From Promethearchaeota archaeon (GTDB lineage: Archaea > Asgardarchaeota > Lokiarchaeia > Sigyniarchaeales > SOKP01), in assembly GCA_019058245.1 (NCBI GenBank), contig JAHPZJ010000014.1:32001-96000 (forward strand): a stretch of DNA of 64,000 bases. Reading direction: 5' to 3'. Both the position numbers and the translations under genes were made by a program. Under the pieces are notes generated by a model. It worked only from the letters and a program-made list of their open reading frames with translations, searched no databases and was not told the origin of the DNA. Positions 21,836 to 31,851 of the stretch are shown piece after piece (the first letter of the stretch is position 1; each line of letters begins with the position of its first letter).

Positions 21836-21931
21836 TATCGTCCCTTATAATTAAAATATATATAATTATTCATTTATAATAATTATAAAATAACACAAAA
21901 TTCTTTATAACTTTAGTTAAAGGCTAATTAA

Positions 21932-23059
21932 ATGAGTTGGAAAGATCTATATTCAGAAGTAAAAAAACGTAAAATAGAAGCACTAAATAAAAAGGATGTT
22001 GTGCAAGCTGTTGAAAAACACGGAAAGATTCTAGCTGTAAGTGGAAGATATGAAAAGCCTAAAAAAGTAATTGAGCATATGTATGCATCCTTGAAGAAAA
22101 TTATCAGAGAAAAAGATATTATGAAAGAAGAGCTTTCTCAATATGATGTAGTGCTTATCGGGTGTCCGGGTAGTGATATTCCTTATGCCGCTCATCCAAA
22201 AGTTAGAGATTTTGTTATGAATGGTGGATGGTTGATAACCACAGACTGGGCTATACGAAGTATAATTGAAAATGTATTTCCGGGTTTTATTCGTTGGAAC
22301 CAAGCTAAAACTGCTGATGCCGTAGTTGCATGTCAAATTAATGAACCAAATCACCCGTTCTTAGAGGGTGTAATTAGTGAAATTCAACAAAGTAAATGGC
22401 AAAAACAATCCGCTAAAAATACAAAAAAAAATGAATTTCGTTGGTGGTTGGAGACAAAATCATTTCCTATTCAAATTTTAAATCATCAGGCTGTAAAAGT
22501 ATTAATTAGTTCATGGGAAATTCAAAATAAGTGGGGTGAATCCCCCGTACTTGTGGAATTTGATTACGGAAAAAGAGCTGGAAAAATAATCCACATGATT
22601 AGCCATACTCATTTACAGAAAGGTGGAGCTAAAGGTAAATATGCCTCTGCGTTAATTTTAACAAATATTCTAGATGAAAAGGTGTCTCAAAAAATGGGAA
22701 TAAAAGAAAAACCAACCTCTAGATATGTCTCAGATTGGCAACAAGTTCAGCCTCAACAGCAGTATAATCAACCGCCTTTAGAAGAACAATGGATTGCACC
22801 TCCATCACAATCAGAATACTTAACACCAGCTCCAGAAGGTAGTGGGTTGACAGAAACGTCCCAAATAATTGAGATTGATACAAATAATCCTAGCTTCTCA
22901 TTTACTAATAAGTGCATTTATTGTAATTATGATTTTACAGAATATAAGGGAACTATATTTGCATGTAATGCCTGTAAAACCTTATACCATGAGCATTGCA
23001 TTAATTCCCAAGTTAATGAAGGAATATGCAAAAAATGTAATAGAATATTATTATGGTGA
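21932..23059 (+). CDS. Class I glutamine amidotransferase-like domain plus Q/P-rich linker plus C-terminal RING/PHD-like zinc finger
   Basis: YDVVLIGC, FVMNGGWLITTDW; C-terminal CxxC…CxxC…HxxC…CxxC. Confidence 0.55.
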   Translation: MSWKDLYSEVKKRKIEALNKKDVVQAVEKHGKILAVSGRYEKPKKVIEHMYASLKKIIREKDIMKEELSQYDVVLIGCPGSDIPYAAHPKVRDFVMNGGWLITTDWAIRSIIENVFPGFIRWNQAKTADAVVACQINEPNHPFLEGVISEIQQSKWQKQSAKNTKKNEFRWWLETKSFPIQILNHQAVKVLISSWEIQNKWGESPVLVEFDYGKRAGKIIHMISHTHLQKGGAKGKYASALILTNILDEKVSQKMGIKEKPTSRYVSDWQQVQPQQQYNQPPLEEQWIAPPSQSEYLTPAPEGSGLTETSQIIEIDTNNPSFSFTNKCIYCNYDFTEYKGTIFACNACKTLYHEHCINSQVNEGICKKCNRILLW

Positions 23060-23175
23060 TTGTCCTACAATTATTATTACTCTCTCATCCTTTCTTTTGC
23101 TAAATTAATTCTTTTAATAAATTAAAAATAGAGAATAAAAATAAAAAAAAGAAAAAATTTTTCTTGTTCTAAAAA

Positions 23176-23373
23176 TTAGTTTTCTATAATTTCAATAGCT
23201 TCTTCTGGACATTGAGTTTCACAAGCCCTACATCCTACACAGTCTTCCCTATTTTCTTCAATAACATTTACTTTCCCTCCCTCCGGTTCTCCAAAGCATT
23301 CAGAAGGGCATACTTCATAGCAAGTACCACAACCAGTACAAGCATCCATATCAATATTAATATCAAAGGACAT
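23176..23373 (-). CDS. 2x[4Fe-4S] ferredoxin
   Basis: CTGCGTCYEVCP and CVGCRACETQCP. Confidence 0.92.
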   Translation of the reverse strand: MSFDINIDMDACTGCGTCYEVCPSECFGEPEGGKVNVIEENREDCVGCRACETQCPEEAIEIIEN

Positions 23374-23554
23374 TGTTTTTTAACTCCTTTCAATTGTTTT
23401 TTCTTATGTTAAAAATTATGATTATTTAATAATAATACTAATTTTGATAATAATATAAAAAATATAAATTTCGTTTTTATTAGGAAAAATTATCAATTGA
23501 TTCTTACATTTTAGATTTAGTACAACTCTTTTAATAAAAAATAATTATTTAACA

Positions 23555-24673
23555 TTGAAAGCTAATAAACTTTGGAATTTTGAATACAACGCCCCTATTC
23601 TTGGAATTGAAGTAGTTGATATCAATAACAATGAACAATTAGAAATTATTGCTTTTACTAAAACTGGAAAGTTATTATTCATATCACTTGATGGTAAATT
23701 GTTACATCAAGAAGTAATCTCGGAGAATTCACCACTTTGGCATATGAGAATACATGATATTGATAATGATGGAAGATATGAAATAATAGTAGGCGGTATC
23801 GATGGGATCGTAAGAATTTTTAAATGCACATTTGCTTATAATTTAGAGCCTCTATGGACTCATAAATTTAATTCCTCTATTAGCGGAATTCTAATAGAAG
23901 ATATAAATAATGATAATATCAATGAGTTAATTATATTTTCACTTGATAAAACGCTACGGGTTTTAAATTCCTTAGATGGTAAGTTAATTTGGGCGCAAAT
24001 TTTTGAAGATGGTATAGGAGATGCTATCGTTTTTAAAAATAATAAAAAAAGTACAAGTAAAGAAGTACTAGCGTGTGGAAATGACGGAACTATAAGATGT
24101 TATGATGGGAAAGATGGAAACTTATTATGGTTCAAAAAATATTCTGAAAAATTGCGAGTTATTACTTATATGAACAGAATTAAGGAAATATTAGTATTAT
24201 CTGGAGGAGATGACAAAAAGCTACATTTTATAAACAAAACAACTCAAAATGAAATTAATACATTACAATTTAATAATTATGTATGGAACTGCGTATCATA
24301 TCCATTTCCAATCTTAAATAATGTTCTCGTCAGTTCTTATTCATTTGCTTTTTTTGATGAATCGACACTAATTCAAAATATTGAATTTACTTCGAAGTTG
24401 GTTTGTTTAAATGAGTCTTTTGAAATAAAATGGGAATTAAATGGATATAATATAGAATTTTTAAAGATAATAAAAATTAATAACACACTTCTTATTATTG
24501 CTGGTACTACTAAAGGTGAGCTTTTGATTATTGAAGAACAAACAGGAAAAGTAAAATTTTATAAAAATTTTAATTCTTGTATTAATATGTCTCAAGTGTG
24601 TATAGAAAAAAGGTTACTCTTTAGTTGTCATGATGATGGAACTATTATGGCCTACAAATTTCAAAAGATTTAG
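23555..24673 (+). CDS. Beta-propeller (FG-GAP/PQQ-like repeat) protein
   Basis: Repeated DINNNEQLE / DIDNDGRYE / DINNDNINE and DG.L.W motifs. Confidence 0.75.
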   Translation: MKANKLWNFEYNAPILGIEVVDINNNEQLEIIAFTKTGKLLFISLDGKLLHQEVISENSPLWHMRIHDIDNDGRYEIIVGGIDGIVRIFKCTFAYNLEPLWTHKFNSSISGILIEDINNDNINELIIFSLDKTLRVLNSLDGKLIWAQIFEDGIGDAIVFKNNKKSTSKEVLACGNDGTIRCYDGKDGNLLWFKKYSEKLRVITYMNRIKEILVLSGGDDKKLHFINKTTQNEINTLQFNNYVWNCVSYPFPILNNVLVSSYSFAFFDESTLIQNIEFTSKLVCLNESFEIKWELNGYNIEFLKIIKINNTLLIIAGTTKGELLIIEEQTGKVKFYKNFNSCINMSQVCIEKRLLFSCHDDGTIMAYKFQKI

Positions 24674-24725
24674 TATGGTTAGATGTTCAAATTTGAAATA
24701 AAAAAAAGAAAAATATAATTAAAAC

Positions 24726-25055
24726 TTAATCTTCTGCCTCTTCAGCTTCTTCAGCAGCTAATTCCTCTTCAAGTTCTTCTAATGGGACAGGTGCGGGAGT
24801 TGTTAACATGCTGTAACCAATCCAAATAGCAATAATTGAGATAAGTAACACAAGAAGCCACATAGGTGCTACTACAAATAATCTCCAATCAAGCCAATCG
24901 ATTCCAAACAAATTAGTCCATGAATCCCATTCTCCAGTAGCGGGGGCCCAAATTGTAGTGAATAAGAGATCTAAGATTGAACCCATTGTATAAATTATGG
25001 CAATTAAAATGCCAACAATCATTACAATGGCACCAATTATTTTATCTTTTGCCAT
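24726..25055 (-). CDS. Small 2-TM membrane protein, DPM2-like pattern, acidic tail
   Basis: MAKDKIIG…IIYT…VVAP…IGYSML; start placed at ATG 25055 after an AAAGG SD-like sequence. Confidence 0.6.
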   Translation of the reverse strand: MAKDKIIGAIVMIVGILIAIIYTMGSILDLLFTTIWAPATGEWDSWTNLFGIDWLDWRLFVVAPMWLLVLLISIIAIWIGYSMLTTPAPVPLEELEEELAAEEAEEAED

Positions 25056-25266
25056 GGTTATAACCTTTCCTTTCAACCTTTTTTTTATTTTAACAATATA
25101 TTGTTAAACATACAATATTATGCTTAATATTATTTTTAAAAAATTATTCAATTAAAACCATTCGATCATCCTATTTGATCATAAATAAAATATGTGGATG
25201 ATCCATAAATAAACTATATAGAAATATTAAAAATTATTAGAGATTAAAAAATCGAATACTCAATTT

Positions 25267-26235
25267 ATGTCTAAAAATACAGGATATGTTCTAATAATTG
25301 GTTCTAGTAATCTGGATTTCATGATTTATTCTAAAAGATTTCCAAATCCAGGAGAAACTGTTACTGGAGGATCATTTAAGCAATATTTAGGGGGAAAAGG
25401 AGCTAATCAAGCAGTAGCTTCGGTAAGATCAGGCTCTATGACTATTTTCATTGGAAAAATTGGAACTGATTTCTTTGGTGATCAAATGGTCTCTCAATTG
25501 ACAGATGAAGGAATTAATATGAATCATATTATCAGAGATTCCAAAGAACCAAGTGGAGTTGCTTTTATTTTAATTGATCAAAATGGTGAAAATATGATAA
25601 GTGTAGCACCTGGAGCAAATTTTAATCTGAAACCAGAAGAGATTAGATCTAGAGCTCAAATCATAAAAAATGCAAATTCCATCGTGGTTCAGATGGAAAT
25701 TCCTATAGAAACTATTCAGGAAATATTTAAAATAGCTTCTGAAGGGAATGCAATCAAAATTCTAAATCCTGCTCCCTTAAAACCCCTCCCAGTTGATATC
25801 TTTAGTAAAGTTGATATTATTATTCCTAATGAAGGTGAGCTTTTTCGTTTATATTCTCTATTAGGGTTTAAAGATATATTAGGGGAGAATACACAAAAAA
25901 TATTCCAAATTTCGAGGGATATAGCAAATTTAGGGTTAAAATTTATCATTACAACATTAGGAAATAGAGGATGCCTAATTTTTGATAAAAAAAATGATAA
26001 GTTTTATCAAGTGGCTACTCCAAAGGTTAAACCTGTAGACACTGTAGGGGCGGGTGATTGTTTTATAGGGGTTTTAGCTAGTCAGTTGAATAAAGGTATA
26101 GATATTGTAAATGCTGCTAAATTTGCCACGGTAGCAGCCTCTATTGCTGTTACTAGAAAAGGAGCGCAAGAATCAATGCCTTTTTCAAATGAAATTCATA
26201 ATAAATTAAAAGATTTGAATTTAAATAATAACTAA
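25267..26235 (+). CDS. rbsK: Ribokinase
   Basis: GGKGANQAVA, LNPAP, PNEGE, DTVGAGDCF. Confidence 0.92.
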   Translation: MSKNTGYVLIIGSSNLDFMIYSKRFPNPGETVTGGSFKQYLGGKGANQAVASVRSGSMTIFIGKIGTDFFGDQMVSQLTDEGINMNHIIRDSKEPSGVAFILIDQNGENMISVAPGANFNLKPEEIRSRAQIIKNANSIVVQMEIPIETIQEIFKIASEGNAIKILNPAPLKPLPVDIFSKVDIIIPNEGELFRLYSLLGFKDILGENTQKIFQISRDIANLGLKFIITTLGNRGCLIFDKKNDKFYQVATPKVKPVDTVGAGDCFIGVLASQLNKGIDIVNAAKFATVAASIAVTRKGAQESMPFSNEIHNKLKDLNLNNN

Positions 26236-26243
26236 AAGGTTTA

Positions 26244-26924
26244 ATGAAGGTGTATACAGAATATATCCCCATTCAAAGAAGTACTTTGTTGAGGAAGACA
26301 GATATTAAGGAATTAGTAATTAAAATAGATCAAAAACATCTAAAGGATATATTCTTAATTAATGGTTCAAATTTTAAAACTGAAGCAATAAAAACTTCAG
26401 ATTTATTAATTAAACCTTATACTCATTACATGATAATAAATAGGGGAAAAGATATACTTGATATTCAATATAATCAAGACATCTTTGATCATCAAGTAAT
26501 ATATGATCCTTATAAATATGAATCATCCCAGAAGAAGTTTTTAGAACCAAATTGGTTTATAGAAAGATATAGTATCCCGAAAGGATATATTGATACACTT
26601 CCCAAGTGGTATAGCTTTAAATTTACTTATCCCGATTATAATTTGATATTTGTTCGACCAGAATTTGGGCTTTCCATCCAAATCCATAAACATAGAAATG
26701 AAACATGGGAATTATTAGAAGGTAAACCTATTATAATTACAGGAAATACCGTACATTATTTTGTTGAAACGGGCTTTATATGTCAAAATCATATTAATAC
26801 TTACCATTCTATCATTAATCCTAATAAAGAAGAAGATAAATATGTACTGATAAAAGAAAGATGGAACGGAGATTTTGATGAAAGTGATATAGATCGCGTT
26901 TTTAATCCAAATGAGTATCAATAA
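26244..26924 (+). CDS. Cupin-domain protein (type II mannose-6-phosphate isomerase-like C-terminus)
   Basis: LSIQIHKHRNETW…H..INP…E…DESDIDR. Confidence 0.6.
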   Translation: MKVYTEYIPIQRSTLLRKTDIKELVIKIDQKHLKDIFLINGSNFKTEAIKTSDLLIKPYTHYMIINRGKDILDIQYNQDIFDHQVIYDPYKYESSQKKFLEPNWFIERYSIPKGYIDTLPKWYSFKFTYPDYNLIFVRPEFGLSIQIHKHRNETWELLEGKPIIITGNTVHYFVETGFICQNHINTYHSIINPNKEEDKYVLIKERWNGDFDESDIDRVFNPNEYQ

Positions 26925-27152
26925 TAAATTTCTACTAGTAAATGAAGTAGATAAAAAGGCGTTTCTTATTTTAGGAATAAACAAAAGTGAGATTTTCTTC
27001 AAAATTACATCTAACACTTATAAGTTTTATGATTTTTGCGTGCTTAACCTAAAAGTTAAAATTTAATTGAATACTAAAAACCTTATCGTAATATGATTTA
27101 TGAGAAAAAATTTACCAAATAATATTAATGGAATAAGTAGATTGGTTAAAAA

Positions 27153-27728
27153 ATGGCTCCAGAAGAAAAATTTGATGAAAAAAAATCTGAAGAAAAGGAA
27201 GAAACGTTAAATAATGATTTAGAAAAAGACTCAAATTCAGAGAAAGGCACTGAAACTGAATCTGAAACAGAATCAACAGAAGTATTAGAAGAAGAACGAG
27301 AATTAGACACAGAAGCAGAGTTAGATAGACTAAGATTCAAATATAGAGGGCATACCATTGATGAATTGAAGAAAATGAATATGGATCAATTCATACAATT
27401 ATTACCAGCCAGAGCCAGACGCTCATTAAAACGAGGCTTACCTCCTAGACAAAAAAAATTACTAGAAAGACTAAGACACGCATATCGTGCTAAAAAAAGA
27501 GGCAAGGATTTAACTACTAGAACACATGTGAGAGATATGATCATATTTCCTGAAATGGTTGGTCTCAAAATTGGTGTTTACAATGGTCGAATTTTTGAAA
27601 TTGTTGATATAAGACCAGAAATGATTGGACATTATTTAGGAGAATTCTCTCTTACAAGGAAAAGAGTACAACACGGTTCTCCCGGAATTGGAGCCACAAG
27701 AAGTTCAAAATATGTTCCGTTAAAATGA
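27153..27728 (+). CDS. rps19: 30S ribosomal protein uS19 with an acidic N-terminal extension
   Basis: [43 protein letters not shown]. Confidence 0.96.
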   Translation: MAPEEKFDEKKSEEKEETLNNDLEKDSNSEKGTETESETESTEVLEEERELDTEAELDRLRFKYRGHTIDELKKMNMDQFIQLLPARARRSLKRGLPPRQKKLLERLRHAYRAKKRGKDLTTRTHVRDMIIFPEMVGLKIGVYNGRIFEIVDIRPEMIGHYLGEFSLTRKRVQHGSPGIGATRSSKYVPLK

Positions 27729-27748
27729 TAATATAATAAACAAGTTGA

Positions 27749-28234
27749 TTGAAATTGCCTAATTGGGGTTATTCTTTTACAGAAGAGAAATATGATGCAG
27801 ATAGATTAGCAAAGGCATCGGGTAGAGATATTAGAATTAAACCAAAACATGCAAGAGAAATATGTGCTGTAATTAAAGGTATGAAAGTAGAACAAGCAAA
27901 ATCATACTTAGAGAAAGTAATCAGCTTAAAACAATCAGTACCTTTTAGAAGGCATAAGAAAAAAGTGGCGCATAGACATGATTTGAAACAATTTAAATGG
28001 TATGCTGGACGATATCCTCAAAAAGCAGCGGCCAGAATATTTGAAATTCTTACATCTGTTGAATCCAACGCAGAATATAAAGGTTTAGATATTGATTTAT
28101 GTAGGATTATCCATTCTGCAACGCATAGAGGTAGAATAATAAAAAGAAATATTCCTAGAGCACATGGTCGTAGCACAGCTAGAAATAAACATCTCTCACA
28201 TATAGAAATTATAATTTATGAGTTCCCTAGTTAG
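27749..28234 (+). CDS. rpl22: 50S ribosomal protein uL22
   Basis: KHAREIC, VPFRRH, GRYPQKAA, PRAHGR; TTG start (27749 or 27755). Confidence 0.96.
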   Translation: MKLPNWGYSFTEEKYDADRLAKASGRDIRIKPKHAREICAVIKGMKVEQAKSYLEKVISLKQSVPFRRHKKKVAHRHDLKQFKWYAGRYPQKAAARIFEILTSVESNAEYKGLDIDLCRIIHSATHRGRIIKRNIPRAHGRSTARNKHLSHIEIIIYEFPS

Positions 28235-28284
28235 GTTAATTTATAATAGATTTAAAAGTATATTTTTAAAGATTTTGAAATAAA

Positions 28285-29076
28285 ATGAGTCCACTAGTAA
28301 AAAACTTTATTGAACAAGGGATTAAGTTGATGCAAATAAATGAATATTTGCGTTCAGAGCTAGTTCGTGCTGGATTTGCCGGAGTTGAATTACAACGTAC
28401 ACCACTAGGGGTACGAATAACGTTAAAAACGAGTCGTCCTGGATTAGTCATTGGAAAAGGTGGAAAGAGAATTCAAGAAATAACAGATGTTCTACAAGAT
28501 AGATTCGGCCTAGAGATGCCTCAGATTGAAGTTGAAGAAGTCACAGAGCCAGATCTTGATGCTCAGATTATGGCAGAAAGATTAGCTTATTCATTAGATA
28601 GGGGACGACATTATAGACGAGCGGGTTATTACATACTCAGAAAGGTAATGGATGCTGGGGCTCGCGGTGTAGAAATTATTATTTCAGGTAAAGTAACTTC
28701 CCAACGTGCTCGAGTTCAAATCTTTAGAGCTGGAACTATGTCCAAAAGTGGTCAAACTGCTCAAGAAGGTGTGGATAAGGGTGTTGCACAATGTATTCAG
28801 AAATCTGGAGTGCTAGGTATAATTGTAAAAATCATGCGAGCTAATACTAAAATGGGTGATGACATTAAAATTAGGGAAAATCTTTTAGCTAAAGCCCAAG
28901 CAGAAGAAGAAGCAAAATTAGCAAAGACACGAGCAGATTATATAATAGAAGAAGAAGAGGGTATTTTAAGTAAAGAGGAAAAAAAATTGCTTGATGAAGT
29001 AGATGAGGAGGATACATCTGAAATCTCATTAAATTCTGATAAAGAAATCGAAAAATTAGAATCAGATGAAGAATAA
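28285..29076 (+). CDS. rps3: 30S ribosomal protein uS3
   Basis: RPGLVIGKGGKRI KH motif, GARGVEIIISGK; acidic C-terminal tail. Confidence 0.96.
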   Translation: MSPLVKNFIEQGIKLMQINEYLRSELVRAGFAGVELQRTPLGVRITLKTSRPGLVIGKGGKRIQEITDVLQDRFGLEMPQIEVEEVTEPDLDAQIMAERLAYSLDRGRHYRRAGYYILRKVMDAGARGVEIIISGKVTSQRARVQIFRAGTMSKSGQTAQEGVDKGVAQCIQKSGVLGIIVKIMRANTKMGDDIKIRENLLAKAQAEEEAKLAKTRADYIIEEEEGILSKEEKKLLDEVDEEDTSEISLNSDKEIEKLESDEE

Positions 29077-29107
29077 CTAGTATATGATTAATAAAGAGTG
29101 ATAAGGA

Positions 29108-29308
29108 ATGGATATTATTACAGCCAAAAAAATCCGAGAAATGGATGATAGAGAAAGAGAAAGAACGTTAATGAATTTAAGAGAAGAATTGATGATGCTC
29201 TACTCAATGCAAACTGGTGGTGGACTTGCTGATAACCCTGCTAAAGCAAAATTATTAAAAAAACAAATAGCGAGAGTATTAACAGTAATAAATGAAGAGG
29301 AACGATGA
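29108..29308 (+). CDS. rpl29: 50S ribosomal protein uL29
   Basis: IREM…LREEL…NP..KKQIARVLTV; operon position. Confidence 0.93.
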   Translation: MDIITAKKIREMDDRERERTLMNLREELMMLYSMQTGGGLADNPAKAKLLKKQIARVLTVINEEER

Positions 29309-29619
29309 TCGATCCAAAATATTTAATATATCATGACTTAATAGGGTTTTCTGCCTATATTAAGCCCAAATCAAAATTAAAAGACAGGGTTTTCTTAGAT
29401 ATAGGTGTTGTAATTAATGATACAAAAAATATGCTAATTACTGAAAAAAATAACAAAATTAAAAAATATATCAAAAAAGATAATATCTTTCGATTTAAGA
29501 TACCTAACTACAAAAGTGAAGAAGAAGAATACTATTTAGAAGTTCAAGGGAATAAAATTGTTGGGTCTCCTATAAATAGATTAAGAAGTTTAAAGAAAAA
29601 GAGATGGTTAAAAACATGA
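29305..29619 (+). CDS. rnp1: Ribonuclease P protein component 1 (Rpp29/Pop4)
   Basis: HDLIG, GVVINDTKNML, G..IVG.P..RL; canonical position before rps17. Confidence 0.85.
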   Translation: MIDPKYLIYHDLIGFSAYIKPKSKLKDRVFLDIGVVINDTKNMLITEKNNKIKKYIKKDNIFRFKIPNYKSEEEEYYLEVQGNKIVGSPINRLRSLKKKRWLKT

Positions 29620-29969
29620 GTGACAATATTGGTATTCCTGGTGTGGTTCCTCCAAAGATCAAACCTGGAGAATGCAAAGATCTTTCTTGCCCTTTTCATG
29701 GTAAAACAAGAATTAGGGGAAAAATTACTCAAGGAATCGTAGTAAGTAAAAAATCAAAAAATACCATCATTATAAGACGTGATTATGTTCAATTTGTTAA
29801 AAAATATCAAAGATATGAACGTCGTAATACACGCTTAGCATGTCATTTAACAGATTGTTTAAGTCATGAAATTCAAATTGGAGATTTAGTAAGAGTTGGT
29901 GAATCTAGAAAGATTTCGAAAACAAAAGCTTTTATCGTGTTAGAAAAAATTTCGAGTAAGGTGGATTAA
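29616..29969 (+). CDS. rps17: 30S ribosomal protein uS17
   Basis: C.D..CPFHG, KYQRYERR, ISKTKAF; ATGA overlap with rnp1. Confidence 0.95.
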   Translation: MSDNIGIPGVVPPKIKPGECKDLSCPFHGKTRIRGKITQGIVVSKKSKNTIIIRRDYVQFVKKYQRYERRNTRLACHLTDCLSHEIQIGDLVRVGESRKISKTKAFIVLEKISSKVD

Positions 29970-30395
29970 ATGGGAACTAGAAGAAAATTGGGACGAAAAA
30001 CATATTCTAAACCTCGTACCAGCTATGGATTATGCAATGGATCTAAAATAAATATTGCTGATAATTCTGGAGCTAAAATAGCTCAAATAATTAATGTAGA
30101 CAGTTTCAAGACGAGATTGAGAAGATTACCAAAAGCCTCTGTTGGAAGTGTATGCACTGTAACAATAAAAAAAGGAAAACCTGAATTAAGAGGAAATGTA
30201 GTAAAAGCTGTAATTGTTAGACAGAAAATGATTTATAGACGTATAGATGGAACTAGATTATGTTTTGAAGATAATGCGGGTGTCATTGTCACCAAGGAAG
30301 GTGAACCTAAAGCTACAGAGATAAGAGGGCCTATTGCCCGAGAGGCAGCTGAAATGTTTCCAAGATTGGCATCAATTTCATCATTAATAATTTAA
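29970..30395 (+). CDS. rpl14: 50S ribosomal protein uL14
   Basis: ADNSGAK, KKGKPELR, FEDNAGVIV, GPIAREAA. Confidence 0.96.
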   Translation: MGTRRKLGRKTYSKPRTSYGLCNGSKINIADNSGAKIAQIINVDSFKTRLRRLPKASVGSVCTVTIKKGKPELRGNVVKAVIVRQKMIYRRIDGTRLCFEDNAGVIVTKEGEPKATEIRGPIAREAAEMFPRLASISSLII

Positions 30396-30409
30396 TCAAA
30401 GGTGTAAAA

Positions 30410-30838
30410 ATGAAAGTAAAATCAAAACAACCAAGAAAGCAAAGAAAGGCACTGTATAGTTACAAAAATCATCAACGGTCAAAATTACTGAGCACAAGGG
30501 TAGCAGATTTTCTTCGAGATGAATATGGAATAAAAAAACTTCCTCTCAGAGTTGGAGATCAAGTTCGAGTATGCAGAGGCGAATTTAGGGATTTTGAGGG
30601 TGAAGTAATTGAAGTAACCAATAATTTAAGATGTAAAATTAAAGAGTGTACATTTGAAAAAACAGATGGAACTCAATTTAATCCTGCTATTCATATTTCA
30701 AATTTAGTGATAACTAAATTTACTAAAGAAAAAAAAATGGATCCATGGCGAGCTAATATGATTGAAAGAAAAGCAATATATGGATTTTATGAAGAGGAAT
30801 TAAAAGCGCCAAAGAAGGAAAAAGAGGTGGAAAAATAA
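30410..30838 (+). CDS. rpl24: 50S ribosomal protein uL24
   Basis: SKQPRKQRK, GDQVRVCRG KOW motif, IHISNLVIT. Confidence 0.95.
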   Translation: MKVKSKQPRKQRKALYSYKNHQRSKLLSTRVADFLRDEYGIKKLPLRVGDQVRVCRGEFRDFEGEVIEVTNNLRCKIKECTFEKTDGTQFNPAIHISNLVITKFTKEKKMDPWRANMIERKAIYGFYEEELKAPKKEKEVEK

Positions 30839-30841
30839 AAA

Positions 30842-31588
30842 ATGACGAGACATGGAGGTCAAAAAACGTTAAAAAGACTAAATACACCCGTTTTCTTACA
30901 AATTAAAAGAAAACATGGTACATTTTTTGTTAAACCAGCTGCAGGTCCACATCCTAGCAGATTTTGTTTACCACTTCTACATATTATTAGAGACATTCTC
31001 AAGATTGTTGAAAATCATAACGAAGCAAAAAAATTAATTGTAGCAGGACAGTTTAAAGTTGATGGAAAAGTAGTGAGAGATAAAGCTTATCCCCTAGGTC
31101 TAATGGATGTATTATCCATCAAAAAATTAAATAAACATTATAGAATATTACCAGATTCTCATCATGGATTAATTCTACATGAGATTTCTGAACAAGAGAG
31201 TGTTTTCAAATTGTGCAGGATAAATAATAAAAAAACTGTAAAGAGAGGACATATACAGTTAAATCTGCATGATGGAAGAAATATCTTGATTAAAATTAAT
31301 GATCCCAGAAATCCAAAAGAAGACACATATCAACGTATGGATGTCTTAAAGATTTCAATCCCAGATCAAGAGATTCTTAAAGTTTTAAGGTTTAAGGAAA
31401 ATAATAATGCAATTATTATGTCTGGAAAAAATATTGGTCAAGTTGGAAAAATTATATCCATTTTGAAAAGATTTGGACCAAAGGCTAGTACAGTTTCAAT
31501 TCAACATAACGGAAGTCATACTGAAACTCTATATGATTATACGTTTGTTTTAGGAGAAGACCAACTAGAAATTTCAATACCAGAATGA
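30842..31588 (+). CDS. rps4e: 30S ribosomal protein eS4; last ~15 codons probably supplied by the integrated island
   Basis: GPH, VDGKVVRD..YPLGLMDV, QLNLHDGRN, GKNIG; a second copy of the C-terminus lies at 36211-36288. Confidence 0.96.
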   Translation: MTRHGGQKTLKRLNTPVFLQIKRKHGTFFVKPAAGPHPSRFCLPLLHIIRDILKIVENHNEAKKLIVAGQFKVDGKVVRDKAYPLGLMDVLSIKKLNKHYRILPDSHHGLILHEISEQESVFKLCRINNKKTVKRGHIQLNLHDGRNILIKINDPRNPKEDTYQRMDVLKISIPDQEILKVLRFKENNNAIIMSGKNIGQVGKIISILKRFGPKASTVSIQHNGSHTETLYDYTFVLGEDQLEISIPE

Positions 31589-31685
31589 ATATATAAGAAT
31601 CAAAAGAATTTTAATTATTTATACAAATAAAAATATTTAATTTCCCTCCTAATAGGAATAACAAAAATATTTTTCCTATATTGCT

Positions 31686-31794
31686 TAAAAATATTAAAGT
31701 TATTTGAGGTAAACTAAAGGTTTATTATTAACCTAAAACTTATTATAGCATAATAATGAAATAAGGGAGGGCATTCCCAAAATCTATTCGAATT
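31686..31794 (+). repeat. Left copy of a 109-bp inverted repeat
   Basis: 104/109 identical to the reverse complement of 34432-34540 by manual alignment. Confidence 0.92.
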
Positions 31795-31851
31795 TTTACA
31801 GATATAGTATATTTATTCAACAAATTAATATTAATTTATGATAATTTCAAG

